Positions 41,663-50,714 are shown, numbered from the stretch's first letter. The stretch: 60,795 bases of DNA from a virus (IMGVR_UViG_3300012078_000002:1-60795), one strand, 5' to 3'. Numbers and translations: made by a program. The notes: generated from the letters alone by a model not told the origin.

Positions 41663-43066
41663 TTATATTAGACTTTCGCGCTTGCCTCTGTTGTTCTTTT
41701 CTGCAATTCCCGTAGTGGCATCGGGAGCGTCGTCGTGCGCATTTTTACCTTCTTTTTGATACCTTGTCATTGCTTTATAATATTCCGGCCACTTATCCCC
41801 CCAGTTGACAGGGAAGTAAACATGGTTCATTACCCACGTGCTGTTTGACAGAATTCTTGATTGCTTATTTTTCGACTGGTGAAAAGTGGCAACATGACAT
41901 TTGTTTGATCCATATCTATTTTTCAATTCAGTCTGCACGTTTCTCGCGAACCCTCTGCCGCCATTATTAGATTCGATGTCTGCCGTATTTACGTTATCGT
42001 CATAAAGCATTTTGGCAGTAGCTGGTTCTGTAATCTCCATGCCCGCTTTGGTGTATAGAACATTAATGACGTAAGCTTCATTGTTATACACTACATAGTT
42101 AATGCTGCAAAGATAATCGTCGCCGGTATCTGCTGTATCTGTATAATTCTTGACCGATGAATAGAGCATGTTGCCGCTCTGATCCTTCGGCAGTTCGGTA
42201 TAAGTCTTGAGAGAAGTATAAAGCCGCCCTTTCAGATCTATAGGCTCCTGCTGATAATTTGCGCTGGCTATGTTGTCACCCATTGCTCTCACTTTGGCAT
42301 CATAGGACTTCCGGGACAGGATTTCGTCACAAAGCATGGTGCCGTCGTCCTGGAGGGCCTTCATGCTAATGTGGCGCATCTTTGCACCATCTTCTTTAAA
42401 ATGCTCCAGCGCCCGCCCTGCGAGGTCATCTGATGCCCAACGGGTCATGATGATGATGATCTTCCCGCCCTCTTCCAAGCGGGACAACATGGTATCTGCA
42501 AACCAAGTCCAGTGCTTTTCTTTTGTCAACTCATTATTGGCCTCTTCGGCATTTTTGATAAGGTCATCTATAATCAACAGCGTCGCGCCGAAACCAGTGG
42601 CCGTACCAGTGGGAGATGTGGCCAGGTAATTATTATATCCTCCATCCAGGCTCCACAGGTTCATGGCGCCGTCACCACACTTAATCCGGATGCCAGGAAA
42701 CACATCTGAAAACACCGGCTTGTATATATCGGCTTTTATTTCCTGTATATCATTCCTCACGTTTTTTGAAAACATGGTCGACAATGTTTCGTTATAGGAA
42801 CCGGTCATGATTTTTTGTTTTGGATCATTGCCCAACACCCACTCGACCAAAAGTCCAGCAGTGCGCGATTTTCCATGTCTGGGTGGCTCATTAACGATCA
42901 TTACATCTTCATCGGATTGGATGAAGTCTTGGAATTCATTGCAGAGATCGATTAGATAATGGCGATCTCTCTTGTAGAAACTGGGTGCTTTCAAGTTACA
43001 ATAAAAAAAGAACTCCCGCCGGGCAAGTTCTATCTTCGCACCTAATTGTATCAGTTTTTTATCCAT
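41663..43066 (-). CDS. terL: terminase large subunit
   Basis: Walker A-like PPRHGKS, Walker B LLIIDD, and the nuclease motif HDDAPDA near the C-terminus. Confidence 0.92.
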   Translation of the reverse strand: MDKKLIQLGAKIELARREFFFYCNLKAPSFYKRDRHYLIDLCNEFQDFIQSDEDVMIVNEPPRHGKSRTAGLLVEWVLGNDPKQKIMTGSYNETLSTMFSKNVRNDIQEIKADIYKPVFSDVFPGIRIKCGDGAMNLWSLDGGYNNYLATSPTGTATGFGATLLIIDDLIKNAEEANNELTKEKHWTWFADTMLSRLEEGGKIIIIMTRWASDDLAGRALEHFKEDGAKMRHISMKALQDDGTMLCDEILSRKSYDAKVRAMGDNIASANYQQEPIDLKGRLYTSLKTYTELPKDQSGNMLYSSVKNYTDTADTGDDYLCSINYVVYNNEAYVINVLYTKAGMEITEPATAKMLYDDNVNTADIESNNGGRGFARNVQTELKNRYGSNKCHVATFHQSKNKQSRILSNSTWVMNHVYFPVNWGDKWPEYYKAMTRYQKEGKNAHDDAPDATTGIAEKNNRGKRESLI

Positions 43067-43610
43067 CGTCTATCAGCTTCTTTAAATTTTCAGTCGACAG
43101 ACCGGCAAAGGGATTATTTACTTCCATTCCGCCAGACATTTCCACTTTGTCCTTGAACATGCCCAAGTGCCGGCCAATCAGTTCCAGTGATCCCTTTTTA
43201 TCGGTCAGCTTATATTTCTTAACATAGCCGACGAACTCCCTATCTTCACCGTATCCCTCATATACCTCCTGCACATCCAGACCCGCAATACATGCTGCCG
43301 TATCATCATCAAGCTCCGTAATATCTTTCGGTTTTCCATCGGCGTGAAATAGTTTTCTCGGGTCAAAGAATCCAAGCCGTCCCAATTCACGCAATACCGC
43401 GTCCTGGGTGATCTCCGTTCGCTGTTCTCTGTCCTTCATGCGCTGCTCAATGTATTCTACGATGTTAGTATTTGTTAGTGCCTTGCTTCCGTTAACCCTT
43501 GCGGCTTCATCCTTCTTACAACTTGGATACGCTGCCTTATAAGCGCGAGTGGCATTCAAGTCAATCAGGTATTCATCCACAAACCGCTTTTGTTTTTCAG
43601 TTAAGGACAT
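43059..43610 (-). CDS. terS: terminase small subunit (P27/Terminase_2-like)
   Basis: MSLTEKQKRFVDEYLIDLNATRAYKAAYP. Start moved from 43703. Confidence 0.85.
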   Translation of the reverse strand: MSLTEKQKRFVDEYLIDLNATRAYKAAYPSCKKDEAARVNGSKALTNTNIVEYIEQRMKDREQRTEITQDAVLRELGRLGFFDPRKLFHADGKPKDITELDDDTAACIAGLDVQEVYEGYGEDREFVGYVKKYKLTDKKGSLELIGRHLGMFKDKVEMSGGMEVNNPFAGLSTENLKKLIDDG

Positions 43611-44085
43611 ATCTATCACCCATCCGTATATAATTATTTGCGCTTGCCTCTCGCGCCGCTTGCCTACCTCGTCAGAGGATACCCACCTATTTTCCCCTCG
43701 CAAAAAGAGACACCTGCCGCGCTAAGCAGCAAATGCCTCTTCCAAAGGAGAGTGTCATAAAACAATCGGAACATCCGGACTTGAACCGGAATCTCGCAAC
43801 CACACCCGGTTGCTGTTCAACCGCTGTATCTTTGTTGAACCATATTCGCCCAGCGTATTTTTTCCCTTGTTTTTGCACAAGGTCGGTTTGCGCTACCACC
43901 TGTCGTAAGCATCCTATTTGTTCCTTTTGCGAAGACGCGAGCAATAGGCTAAGAACGTCGTCTTCTAATCGGCGACCGGGCTGTGACACCCGGAAGCCGT
44001 ATATAAAATTGGAGAGGAGGGACCGGGAATTCAGGAACATTATCAGGGAGTTAATATTGTTCCCATTACCGCTAATACAGTTATA
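43611..44085 (-). other. structured noncoding leader between the late-regulator candidate and terS
   Basis: 475 bp, relatively GC-rich, with only implausible ORFs. Nested stems: GAAGACG/CGTCTTC at 43931/43959 and CCTATT/AATAGG. A three-hairpin tRNA-like block lies at 43774..43840. Confidence 0.5.
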
Positions 44086-44520
44086 TCACATTATGTCGCT
44101 CAATTTGAACCCATTTTTCAAAAGATGCAAATTAAAGTAGAATAATCGGCGATATCCGTTGAAATCCGTCTTCCCTACGGGTATGCGTCCGTATTCATGA
44201 TCGTATTCGACCATCTCGTATGGTATGTTCTTGGTCACACTCCTTAAAATATGTCTGTATATGCTTGGATTCGCGCGGATCGCCGCCTCTTCTATCAGCT
44301 GGCAGTCCCTTCGCAGTTCTTCGTTCTGAATGGCCGTCCCCTCTGTCTGGTTGCTCACACCGGTTCCCCGCGGCATCCCGTCAAATTTTACGGCCGGTAG
44401 TCCGTATTTTATTTTCTTCTTTTTCTCCTCGTATTGCCGGCAGAATGCTCTAAGTTCGTCGTATCTGTCTTTGGAGATGCCGTAATCGTCCCAATTCAAG
44501 TCACGCACTCTTTTGTTCAT
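44086..44520 (-). CDS. candidate late-gene transcriptional regulator (ArpU/RinA-like position and pattern)
   Basis: MNKRVRDLNWDDYGISKDRYDELRAFCRQY...GMPRGTGVSNQTEGTAI...IEEAA. Last gene before the packaging module. Start moved behind AGGAGGA. Confidence 0.4.
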   Translation of the reverse strand: MNKRVRDLNWDDYGISKDRYDELRAFCRQYEEKKKKIKYGLPAVKFDGMPRGTGVSNQTEGTAIQNEELRRDCQLIEEAAIRANPSIYRHILRSVTKNIPYEMVEYDHEYGRIPVGKTDFNGYRRLFYFNLHLLKNGFKLSDIM

Positions 44521-44540
44521 TTTGGGTCCTCCTGTGAAAA

Positions 44541-44894
44541 TTAATTTTCTGCATACTCGCCAAGTTTGCAAGCTTGGTATATCTCCTCCTTGCTCGCGCT
44601 CGGTGCGACACTGCGGCAATCAGCTTTTTTATCAAATGTGCAGAATACATTGCCAAATACGTTGTCCAATTCTCCATTGCCCAAATATTCATCCAGTACT
44701 GATGTCACATTGTAGTAACTATCATAAGTCTCCCAAAATTCATTGTTTAGGATTATGTATCTGTCTCCTATTTTATCGCCACCGGCCAGCAATATCTTTT
44801 CAATCAAGGAACTATCAGTAGTTTTGTAATATGCCTTAATCTCCTTTACTAACTGGTTATAATCATAACTTTTAACCTCAACGCTTCGTCCCAT
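44541..44894 (-). CDS. hypothetical protein (117 aa)
   Basis: ORF track. AGGAGGA upstream. Confidence 0.65.
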   Translation of the reverse strand: MGRSVEVKSYDYNQLVKEIKAYYKTTDSSLIEKILLAGGDKIGDRYIILNNEFWETYDSYYNVTSVLDEYLGNGELDNVFGNVFCTFDKKADCRSVAPSASKEEIYQACKLGEYAEN

Positions 44895-44902
44895 AAATCC
44901 TC

Positions 44903-45184
44903 CTAAAATATACTCTTTTTAATCGACACTTTTGTTATTGATGTATTATTTATTATTTCTTTCTTCTGCGGCACTGGTGGAGTACCCGCTTCGATTAATT
45001 TACAGGCGACAAATTTGTATTCTGTTTTCGATTCTTCCCATAGGCAACCCGCCTTGATAGCATCTTCGTTGTTCATATAATGGGGTTTTCTGCCGCCCAA
45101 AATCTTATGTTGCGCCTCCACATATTCACACGAAGGGCATTCTTGCACTATGCAGTTAGAAAAATTTCTATATGGACACTTCAC
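44903..45184 (-). CDS. Cys-rich protein (93 aa, GTG start)
   Basis: KCPYRNFSNCIVQECPSCEY. GAGGGTGAGG upstream. Confidence 0.55.
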   Translation of the reverse strand: MKCPYRNFSNCIVQECPSCEYVEAQHKILGGRKPHYMNNEDAIKAGCLWEESKTEYKFVACKLIEAGTPPVPQKKEIINNTSITKVSIKKSIF

Positions 45185-45219
45185 CGCCTCACCCTCTCCC
45201 CCAGCTCAGCCGGATAACT

Positions 45220-45477
45220 TTAATTTCCCTTCACGGAATAACCATCAGACAACGCCGTTTCATACATCTTGATCACATCATCTTTTTTGCCTGAATACCA
45301 AGGCCGCCCGAAAAGGCTGTTTTCCGTTGATTCTGTCCCGAAAACCCTTTTGTACATTTCCGGGAAGGAGCTTGGTGCATTGTGGATATTGGCTATTTCC
45401 AGATCACCGCCAAAATGCTGTCGCCTTTTGCGAAAGCGCTCCAGCTCCTCCGCTTCTTTTTCTGTTAGCAAAACCAT
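45220..45477 (-). CDS. hypothetical protein (85 aa)
   Basis: Start moved to MVLLTEKEAEEL behind GGAGGTGA. Confidence 0.55.
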   Translation of the reverse strand: MVLLTEKEAEELERFRKRRQHFGGDLEIANIHNAPSSFPEMYKRVFGTESTENSLFGRPWYSGKKDDVIKMYETALSDGYSVKGN

Positions 45478-45503
45478 TTCTTTCACCTCCATCAAAAATT
45501 AAT

Positions 45504-45725
45504 TCACTCAAGTTCAAACTCTACGCTTTCTGCTCCCTTAATAACTTTATTTATATTTCCACCGTGACTTTCAATAATTTCTGAAATATCGTCTGGATGG
45601 TCAGCATCTTCTATATCGTCCGCAATCATATCGGCAAAATTACTTCCATCTTCTTCATTATCCACATCAATTACATATGTGTTTGTTCTTTTTACACATT
45701 CACAAACATATAAATTGTATTTCAT
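45504..45725 (-). CDS. acidic small protein (73 aa)
   Basis: Start at the ATG behind GGAGGTG. Confidence 0.55.
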   Translation of the reverse strand: MKYNLYVCECVKRTNTYVIDVDNEEDGSNFADMIADDIEDADHPDDISEIIESHGGNINKVIKGAESVEFELE

Positions 45726-45745
45726 TTTCACACCTCCATCAAAAA

Positions 45746-45997
45746 TTAATTTACTGTCTCAAAAAGTGAATTCGGCAACATATCGGTCGCCCTTCCTACG
45801 TTTTCGGGAAAATCCTTATAAAACATTTTCACTGCTTTCTTGATTATCAACATTTCTCCTGGCTCCAGTCCGGTATCCTCGTAAAGCTTTAACCGCCGCT
45901 TCAACTCTTCTTCACGGCAGGCGTATTCGTTCCAGCCTTTCTCTTTAGCTTCCTGGTAGGTTATGTATTCCTTGTCTGTCGCTGTGTACCTGTCCAT
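45746..45997 (-). CDS. hypothetical protein (83 aa)
   Basis: Start moved to MDRYTATDKEY behind GGAGGTGA. Confidence 0.55.
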   Translation of the reverse strand: MDRYTATDKEYITYQEAKEKGWNEYACREEELKRRLKLYEDTGLEPGEMLIIKKAVKMFYKDFPENVGRATDMLPNSLFETVN

Positions 45998-46022
45998 TGT
46001 CTTCACCTCCGTTAAGTTTAAT

Positions 46023-46199
46023 TTACTCGAACATATCAAGGAAAGCGTTATCGCTCTCGGAATTGCGTTTTGTGTAGATGCAATATTCATGCCACCGCCG
46101 TTCTACCTCTTTACGGGCTCTATATGTTTCAATAGAAATACCCAAAGCTTCATCAAATGTTGTATTTTTATGTTTCTTTTTTCGCTGCCTCCGATTCAT
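46023..46199 (-). CDS. hypothetical basic protein (58 aa)
   Basis: Hand-translated: MNRRQRKKKHKNTTFDEALGISIETYRARKEVERRWHEYCIYTKRNSESDNAFLDMFE. GGAGGATAA upstream. Confidence 0.5.
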   Translation of the reverse strand: MNRRQRKKKHKNTTFDEALGISIETYRARKEVERRWHEYCIYTKRNSESDNAFLDMFE

Positions 46200-46233
46200 G
46201 GATTTTATCCTCCTCTATCAAGTTTTAATTCAA

Positions 46234-46602
46234 TCAATCCTCACTTACGTAATCCTCCCCGCCGTGCTCCACAGCGTCCAGGTATGTTTCATAGTTTTCA
46301 TCACACCAGCGCCCCTCACACATGCTAGGGCCGTCAGGCGTTGCGGTATATGCACGTTTTCCATATTCTGTGTTGTCGCAATAATTTTCGCACAAGTAAT
46401 CGCCTAACTCTTCTCGGGTATATGGCTTCATCACCACAGTAAGCCCGTCAGCCGCATAGCACCCGCTGTAGCCATCCAACCAAACACATTCCTTGCCGTA
46501 TACCATCTGCGGTCCTGCTGTAACAATAAACTCCCTTCCCTTGTTTTTTTCATTGACGCAATACTTGTTGTTCATGGTAACTTTATCCCCTGGTTTCAAC
46601 AT
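46234..46602 (-). CDS. hypothetical Cys-rich protein (122 aa)
   Basis: ORF track. AGGAGG upstream. Confidence 0.65.
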   Translation of the reverse strand: MLKPGDKVTMNNKYCVNEKNKGREFIVTAGPQMVYGKECVWLDGYSGCYAADGLTVVMKPYTREELGDYLCENYCDNTEYGKRAYTATPDGPSMCEGRWCDENYETYLDAVEHGGEDYVSED

Positions 46603-46625
46603 TTTATCTGCCTCCTAAATTTATT

Positions 46626-46817
46626 TTATTGCCCCGCCGGCACCACCCAGAATTCCCAACTATACCCGTCGCTGGTCCACGCCTGGAAGAACTCCTGATA
46701 AGGATCATACCGCACGTGGTCGATCTGGCGGGAAGTGATCACGATGTCGCGGTATACATCAGAGCTAATGGTGTGGTTGTTGCGATCGAGCAGTGCTTGT
46801 ATTTCATGTGAGTACAT
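46626..46817 (-). CDS. hypothetical protein (63 aa)
   Basis: ORF track. GGGGGTGAG upstream. Confidence 0.55.
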   Translation of the reverse strand: MYSHEIQALLDRNNHTISSDVYRDIVITSRQIDHVRYDPYQEFFQAWTSDGYSWEFWVVPAGQ

Positions 46818-46843
46818 TTTTTCTCACCCCCGCCTCATTTGTG

Positions 46844-48025
46844 TTAAATGTTCATGTTCTCCGGGATAACCCCTGGGTAATCCCCTAATGTCATTTGCCC
46901 TTTTATTTCTTCATTGGTAGCAGTTTTCTGCTGCTCTTTGTCCCATGCTTGTCTGAATGTCTTGTATGAATTGTATTGTTGGCGGTATCGATAGCTGTCG
47001 CCAAACACATTCCATGCGGCTTTAACCAGGTTTGGTTCAAACGGCCTTATCTTCTCTAAGTCTTCCGTCGCCTTTGCTGATATGGAGCATCCACAACACC
47101 CTGTACGCGTTAATCCATACACCTCATAGGCATCCGAATAGCGGAGTCCATAGTAATCTTTGTACCACTGCTTATCCGCATCCGACACATAAAACAGGGG
47201 CCGGAGCCTGTATTTTCCGTCAGCTGTTTCGGAAAAACACATTGAGGTATTATCCTTCCGTGGGACAGATCGCATACCGCCCTCGTCCCTGCGCTCGCCC
47301 GTTATAACCATATCGAATGACCGTTGGACACTGTGCGCTACCTGCTTTTTACAATAGTCGCAACATTTGTTGCTGACATTAAAAGGGATCGGATTGTCAG
47401 TTATAAAATCCAACATATACTTTGATGAATTTATAACTAACTGAATATCTGGCCTTGGCTCTCCCTTGGAATTACAGCAACATAAAAAATTAATTGTTGT
47501 TTCACATCCAGGATAGCGCTTTTTAAGTTCCGCCCGTTTTGCCGCCTTGTCCTCTGCGTCTGCGTATTCCTTATGTATTGACAGCGGAATATTTTTACGC
47601 TGTATACCCTCCAGACCGGCCGACATAATCTTTGAAACAAATGGCTGACCATATTCCCTTGTGGCTTGTACGATATTCTTCTTTGGCCGGTGTTTGGTAA
47701 TTGTTACGCCATATAGTGATTCCATTTCGACTACATGACGCTTTATTGCTTCCATTTCGAGCCCCGTGTTAAAAAAGGCATAATGGACGGAAGGGAAGCC
47801 GAATGTCTCGCGAACCTGCTCTATCAGGTGAAGAAGAATGTCGCTATCACTCCCACCAGAGTAAGAACAAACTGCGTTTGGATGCTCTTTAAGTCTTTTT
47901 GCAACAATGCTTTTTATAGCCTCAAATTTAGCCGGTGCGCTAAAGTCCGCATATGCCGGGCGATCTGTATATACTTTGCTTTTATAATTGTCCTTCATTG
48001 TTTTACCGAAAGGAGCCGTGTACAC
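46844..48025 (-). CDS. PAPS-reductase-family PP-loop protein with Cys-Cys clusters
   Basis: PP-loop CSYSGGSDS, plus FLCCCNS, NKCCDYCKK and TGCCGCS. The start is uncertain (GTG at 48025 or ATG at 47998). Confidence 0.8.
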   Translation of the reverse strand: MYTAPFGKTMKDNYKSKVYTDRPAYADFSAPAKFEAIKSIVAKRLKEHPNAVCSYSGGSDSDILLHLIEQVRETFGFPSVHYAFFNTGLEMEAIKRHVVEMESLYGVTITKHRPKKNIVQATREYGQPFVSKIMSAGLEGIQRKNIPLSIHKEYADAEDKAAKRAELKKRYPGCETTINFLCCCNSKGEPRPDIQLVINSSKYMLDFITDNPIPFNVSNKCCDYCKKQVAHSVQRSFDMVITGERRDEGGMRSVPRKDNTSMCFSETADGKYRLRPLFYVSDADKQWYKDYYGLRYSDAYEVYGLTRTGCCGCSISAKATEDLEKIRPFEPNLVKAAWNVFGDSYRYRQQYNSYKTFRQAWDKEQQKTATNEEIKGQMTLGDYPGVIPENMNI

Positions 48026-48072
48026 TTTGCCCTGCAGGAGCTCCGGTCCTTTCTGCTTATTCAGCTGTATTC

Positions 48073-48987
48073 TTATACTTTTTCATAATTCTCAAATCTC
48101 CGGCACTTTCGCCAGATGATTCGGTTGTTAACCCATCGCTGCAAATCCTTATGTTGCTGATCAGCATGCTCCTTGTCGTATAACATCACGTAGGGATCAT
48201 ATTTGAGATCACGCAAGGTATATATCCGGTGCAGGTCTTGCTCTATCGTGCTGTTATAATTTGTCAGCACATAAACAACTTTTCCACTTTCCGACTTCCG
48301 GTTGTAGCACTCCGAGAACCTTTTGAAATCTTCCGTCAAGTCCTGATCGGGCTGATCCCATGCCATATGTATCCTCTTGATTCGCATCCGGTTAAGCATT
48401 TCTATGCGCTCCGGCGTTGCAAGTCTGACGTCAATACCCTGGGTGAAATCTATAATCGCCCTTGACTCCACCAGCTGCCCTAATAGGTCGTCCCTATCCC
48501 GACAAGCTAATATGTTAGGGTCGCATAGTGTTACATGCCCCTGTCCGTCCCAGAACGCCCGTAGATCAGCAACCTTGATACTGCACCGGCCCTCTTTGGC
48601 GGCAACGTGGCAGAAGCTGCACCCCCTTGGGCATCCGCGGGTTAGGAATCCGAACGCCGTGTCCTTGGTCAAGTCCGGGTATATGCTGTAATCCGGATAG
48701 ATGTGTTCAATCTCTTCCGGCAGCGAAGTATCACGGTCTGACCGGTAAGCCTCTTTGCCGTCAACCAAGTCGATACAGTAACCACTGCCGCACCGGATGA
48801 CCTCATTGGCATCAATACAATCGTCATAGTCCGGTGAGAAAGAAAACACCTTGCTCATATACACCCGGTCACAATGATTAGAAAACATCGGATCGTACCA
48901 CTCAACCCTGTCCCCTTGCTGCTTATGCCATGCTGATAACTTCATTAAGGGCAAATTAGGAAAATTGTGGCCGTCCACGTCTATCAA
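48073..48987 (-). CDS. radical SAM protein
   Basis: CPRGCSFC (CxxxCxxC) in FLTRGCPRGCSFCHV. The N-terminal start codon is ambiguous. Confidence 0.8.
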   Translation of the reverse strand: MIDVDGHNFPNLPLMKLSAWHKQQGDRVEWYDPMFSNHCDRVYMSKVFSFSPDYDDCIDANEVIRCGSGYCIDLVDGKEAYRSDRDTSLPEEIEHIYPDYSIYPDLTKDTAFGFLTRGCPRGCSFCHVAAKEGRCSIKVADLRAFWDGQGHVTLCDPNILACRDRDDLLGQLVESRAIIDFTQGIDVRLATPERIEMLNRMRIKRIHMAWDQPDQDLTEDFKRFSECYNRKSESGKVVYVLTNYNSTIEQDLHRIYTLRDLKYDPYVMLYDKEHADQQHKDLQRWVNNRIIWRKCRRFENYEKV

Positions 48988-49034
48988 TCCTATCTTGATA
49001 TCCTCACCGCCTTTCTGATCAATCTAATTTTAAT

Positions 49035-49487
49035 TTACCCATCGCAGAAATTGCCGATGACTTCATAATCTTTTCCCTGAATCTCCTGGTCATTTCCGTA
49101 TTCAGGTAAAATCATAGGAAATCTCAAACCGTCTCCCAGCAGTATGTCATACCTTGCATCAACCTCATTCCAGGATACTGTTGCCCGATGAAATGCAGCC
49201 CCTCGCTTTTTGCATCTAACAATATCATTTTCAAATATTCTTCGCCCGTTCTTGTCCCAAAGGCCAGTAAATTGACATAGCGTTTCGGGGACAATATCCA
49301 TCTGTAACTTCCGATTCGGAAGTCCCCAGTCCGTCATCCAATCAAATAACAGATAATGTTTAGTATTTTCCGGATTATTTTCATAATCACTCTGTACGCA
49401 ATATGTGGTTTCATCAGTCTGCCAATAATACCCCTCGCGCCAACCTTCACCGTCTTTACCCTTTGCCTTAAATAATATCTCTTTCAT
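49035..49487 (-). CDS. YopX-like protein
   Basis: ILFKAKGKDGEGW...GRRIFENDIV...EVIGNFCDG. GGAGGTAG upstream. Confidence 0.6.
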   Translation of the reverse strand: MKEILFKAKGKDGEGWREGYYWQTDETTYCVQSDYENNPENTKHYLLFDWMTDWGLPNRKLQMDIVPETLCQFTGLWDKNGRRIFENDIVRCKKRGAAFHRATVSWNEVDARYDILLGDGLRFPMILPEYGNDQEIQGKDYEVIGNFCDG

Positions 49488-49519
49488 TTACTACCTCCAT
49501 CAAGTTCTAATTTTGCTGA

Positions 49520-49987
49520 TTAAATATTTCCTTCCCAATTCCATAATCCTTGATATCCCCGCGCCGGTATCGGCTCGGGAAGCATCGTCATGTTGGCAAA
49601 TTCCCATGCATATCGGCCCGGCATCCAGTCGCCAAATAAAAGCTCATTTTCATTTTTGATATAAACAGATTTGACGTAAATCCCTGTTGCTTCGCTTTTT
49701 GGGGCTATATATGTTCCCATGGCATCCACGCCTATTAGATGGCACCCTACAAGCTCCGCCATGGCGATGACAGCGCCACGTGGCAAGTCTGAAAAATCGG
49801 TACGTCCTAATGCCTCGTAGGCACTATTCATCAAGCTTATTTGCGTGATTGCCTTGCACGGGTTTCGTAGTCCTGCATGTATCGCAATCGGCCCGCGATA
49901 ATTCGTTGCCCACGATCTTGTTTCGTATTGTTTTGCGCCACAAGCAAGTAAGCTCGCCCATGGTTGCCACATTGTTATTACTTTCAT
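49520..49987 (-). CDS. ASCH-domain protein
   Basis: ITMWQPWASLLACGAKQYETRSWATNYRGPIAIHAG is a typical ASCH N-terminus. AAGGAGGG upstream. Confidence 0.75.
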   Translation of the reverse strand: MKVITMWQPWASLLACGAKQYETRSWATNYRGPIAIHAGLRNPCKAITQISLMNSAYEALGRTDFSDLPRGAVIAMAELVGCHLIGVDAMGTYIAPKSEATGIYVKSVYIKNENELLFGDWMPGRYAWEFANMTMLPEPIPARGYQGLWNWEGNI

Positions 49988-50010
49988 GTTTACCCTCCTT
50001 AAAAATTAAT

Positions 50011-50238
50011 TCACCCGAACATTTCAATTTGCCCGTCACACCCATCACACTGCCGCTGCTTCACTTCCCGCGGCTTATACGTTTTGTCCAGGTCAAACGC
50101 ATCCATCGGATTAAGGTCAAATAACTTACAGTGATTGACTGACTTCGCGCTTGCCTCGCTCATTGTCTTTTTCTTTTCGTTACAGTAGATACCATTCCCC
50201 GTCACAAGGTAAGAGCAGTACCGGCAGTATTGTCTCAT
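50011..50238 (-). CDS. small Cys-rich protein (75 aa)
   Basis: CRYCSY...CDGCDG. AGGAGGTG upstream. Confidence 0.6.
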   Translation of the reverse strand: MRQYCRYCSYLVTGNGIYCNEKKKTMSEASAKSVNHCKLFDLNPMDAFDLDKTYKPREVKQRQCDGCDGQIEMFG

Positions 50239-50254
50239 TTCCGCACCTCCTGTC

Positions 50255-50425
50255 TTAACGGCTTATAAAATATATCCGTCTGCTTTTGTTGCACTTGTCA
50301 CAGGAAAATTCATATACAACTACCGCAATTCTGAATCTGGTGTCATGAAACAATACGAATCTTTCAGCGGCGCATATTCCGTGTATGCTACTAAAATGCT
50401 TTTCAAAACACTTTCTACCTGTCAT
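50255..50425 (-). CDS. small Cys-containing protein (56 aa)
   Basis: Hand-translated: MTGRKCFEKHFSSIHGICAAERFVLFHDTRFRIAVVVYEFSCDKCNKSRRIYFISR. ATGA overlap with the upstream stop. Confidence 0.4.
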   Translation of the reverse strand: MTGRKCFEKHFSSIHGICAAERFVLFHDTRFRIAVVVYEFSCDKCNKSRRIYFISR

Positions 50426-50697
50426 CTTTCATCGTCCTCCATGTTAATATCAAGGCGATGCCGGCAGATCGGGCAAAAAATCCAGCTGGCGCGTATCGGC
50501 GCACCGCAGTTGCTACAACTTCCGTCTAAATCCTGTTCCCTGTCATCCAACTGCCGCAGCTCCCGCGCGAAGTCCTCACATGCGGCCTCATAGGCTTTAT
50601 ACGCTGCTTCGATTACGGCGATCTCTTTGATGTACAGTTCTGTTCGTTTGTGCTGTAATTCATCTGCTATTCGATGCGATTCATCTGTTATTTTCAT
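50422..50697 (-). CDS. coiled-coil plus zinc-ribbon protein (91 aa)
   Basis: CSNCGAP...CPICRH. Confidence 0.6.
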   Translation of the reverse strand: MKITDESHRIADELQHKRTELYIKEIAVIEAAYKAYEAACEDFARELRQLDDREQDLDGSCSNCGAPIRASWIFCPICRHRLDINMEDDER

Positions 50698-50714
50698 TTC
50701 TCTGCCTCTCTTTC

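Noticed and set aside
43774-43860. A genuine tRNA or tmRNA gene.
   Set aside because: The T arm is perfect, but no 7-bp acceptor stem can be formed, the D-like stem is 7 bp, the anticodon-like loop is not 7 nt, and there is no CCA. No tmRNA-style tag ORF ending in LAA and no 5' GGGG partner were found. It is kept as a tRNA-like element only.
43890-43900. T-box riboswitch: the minus strand reads GGTGGTAGCGC, one mismatch from the GGTGGTACCGC core.
   Set aside because: This is only an 11-nt match. I could not find a specifier loop, an AGAGA/GNUGGA box or a terminator/antiterminator pair in the expected positions, and the downstream gene is terS rather than an aminoacyl-tRNA-related gene.
43687-44140. 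ORFs 43687..44040 (minus, 117 aa) and 43733..44140 (plus, 135 aa) as real genes.
   Set aside because: Neither has a Shine-Dalgarno sequence. Both have an R/L/S/C/G-rich composition unlike every other gene here. They overlap each other and the neighbouring genes, so the region is treated as noncoding. Proteomics could overturn this.
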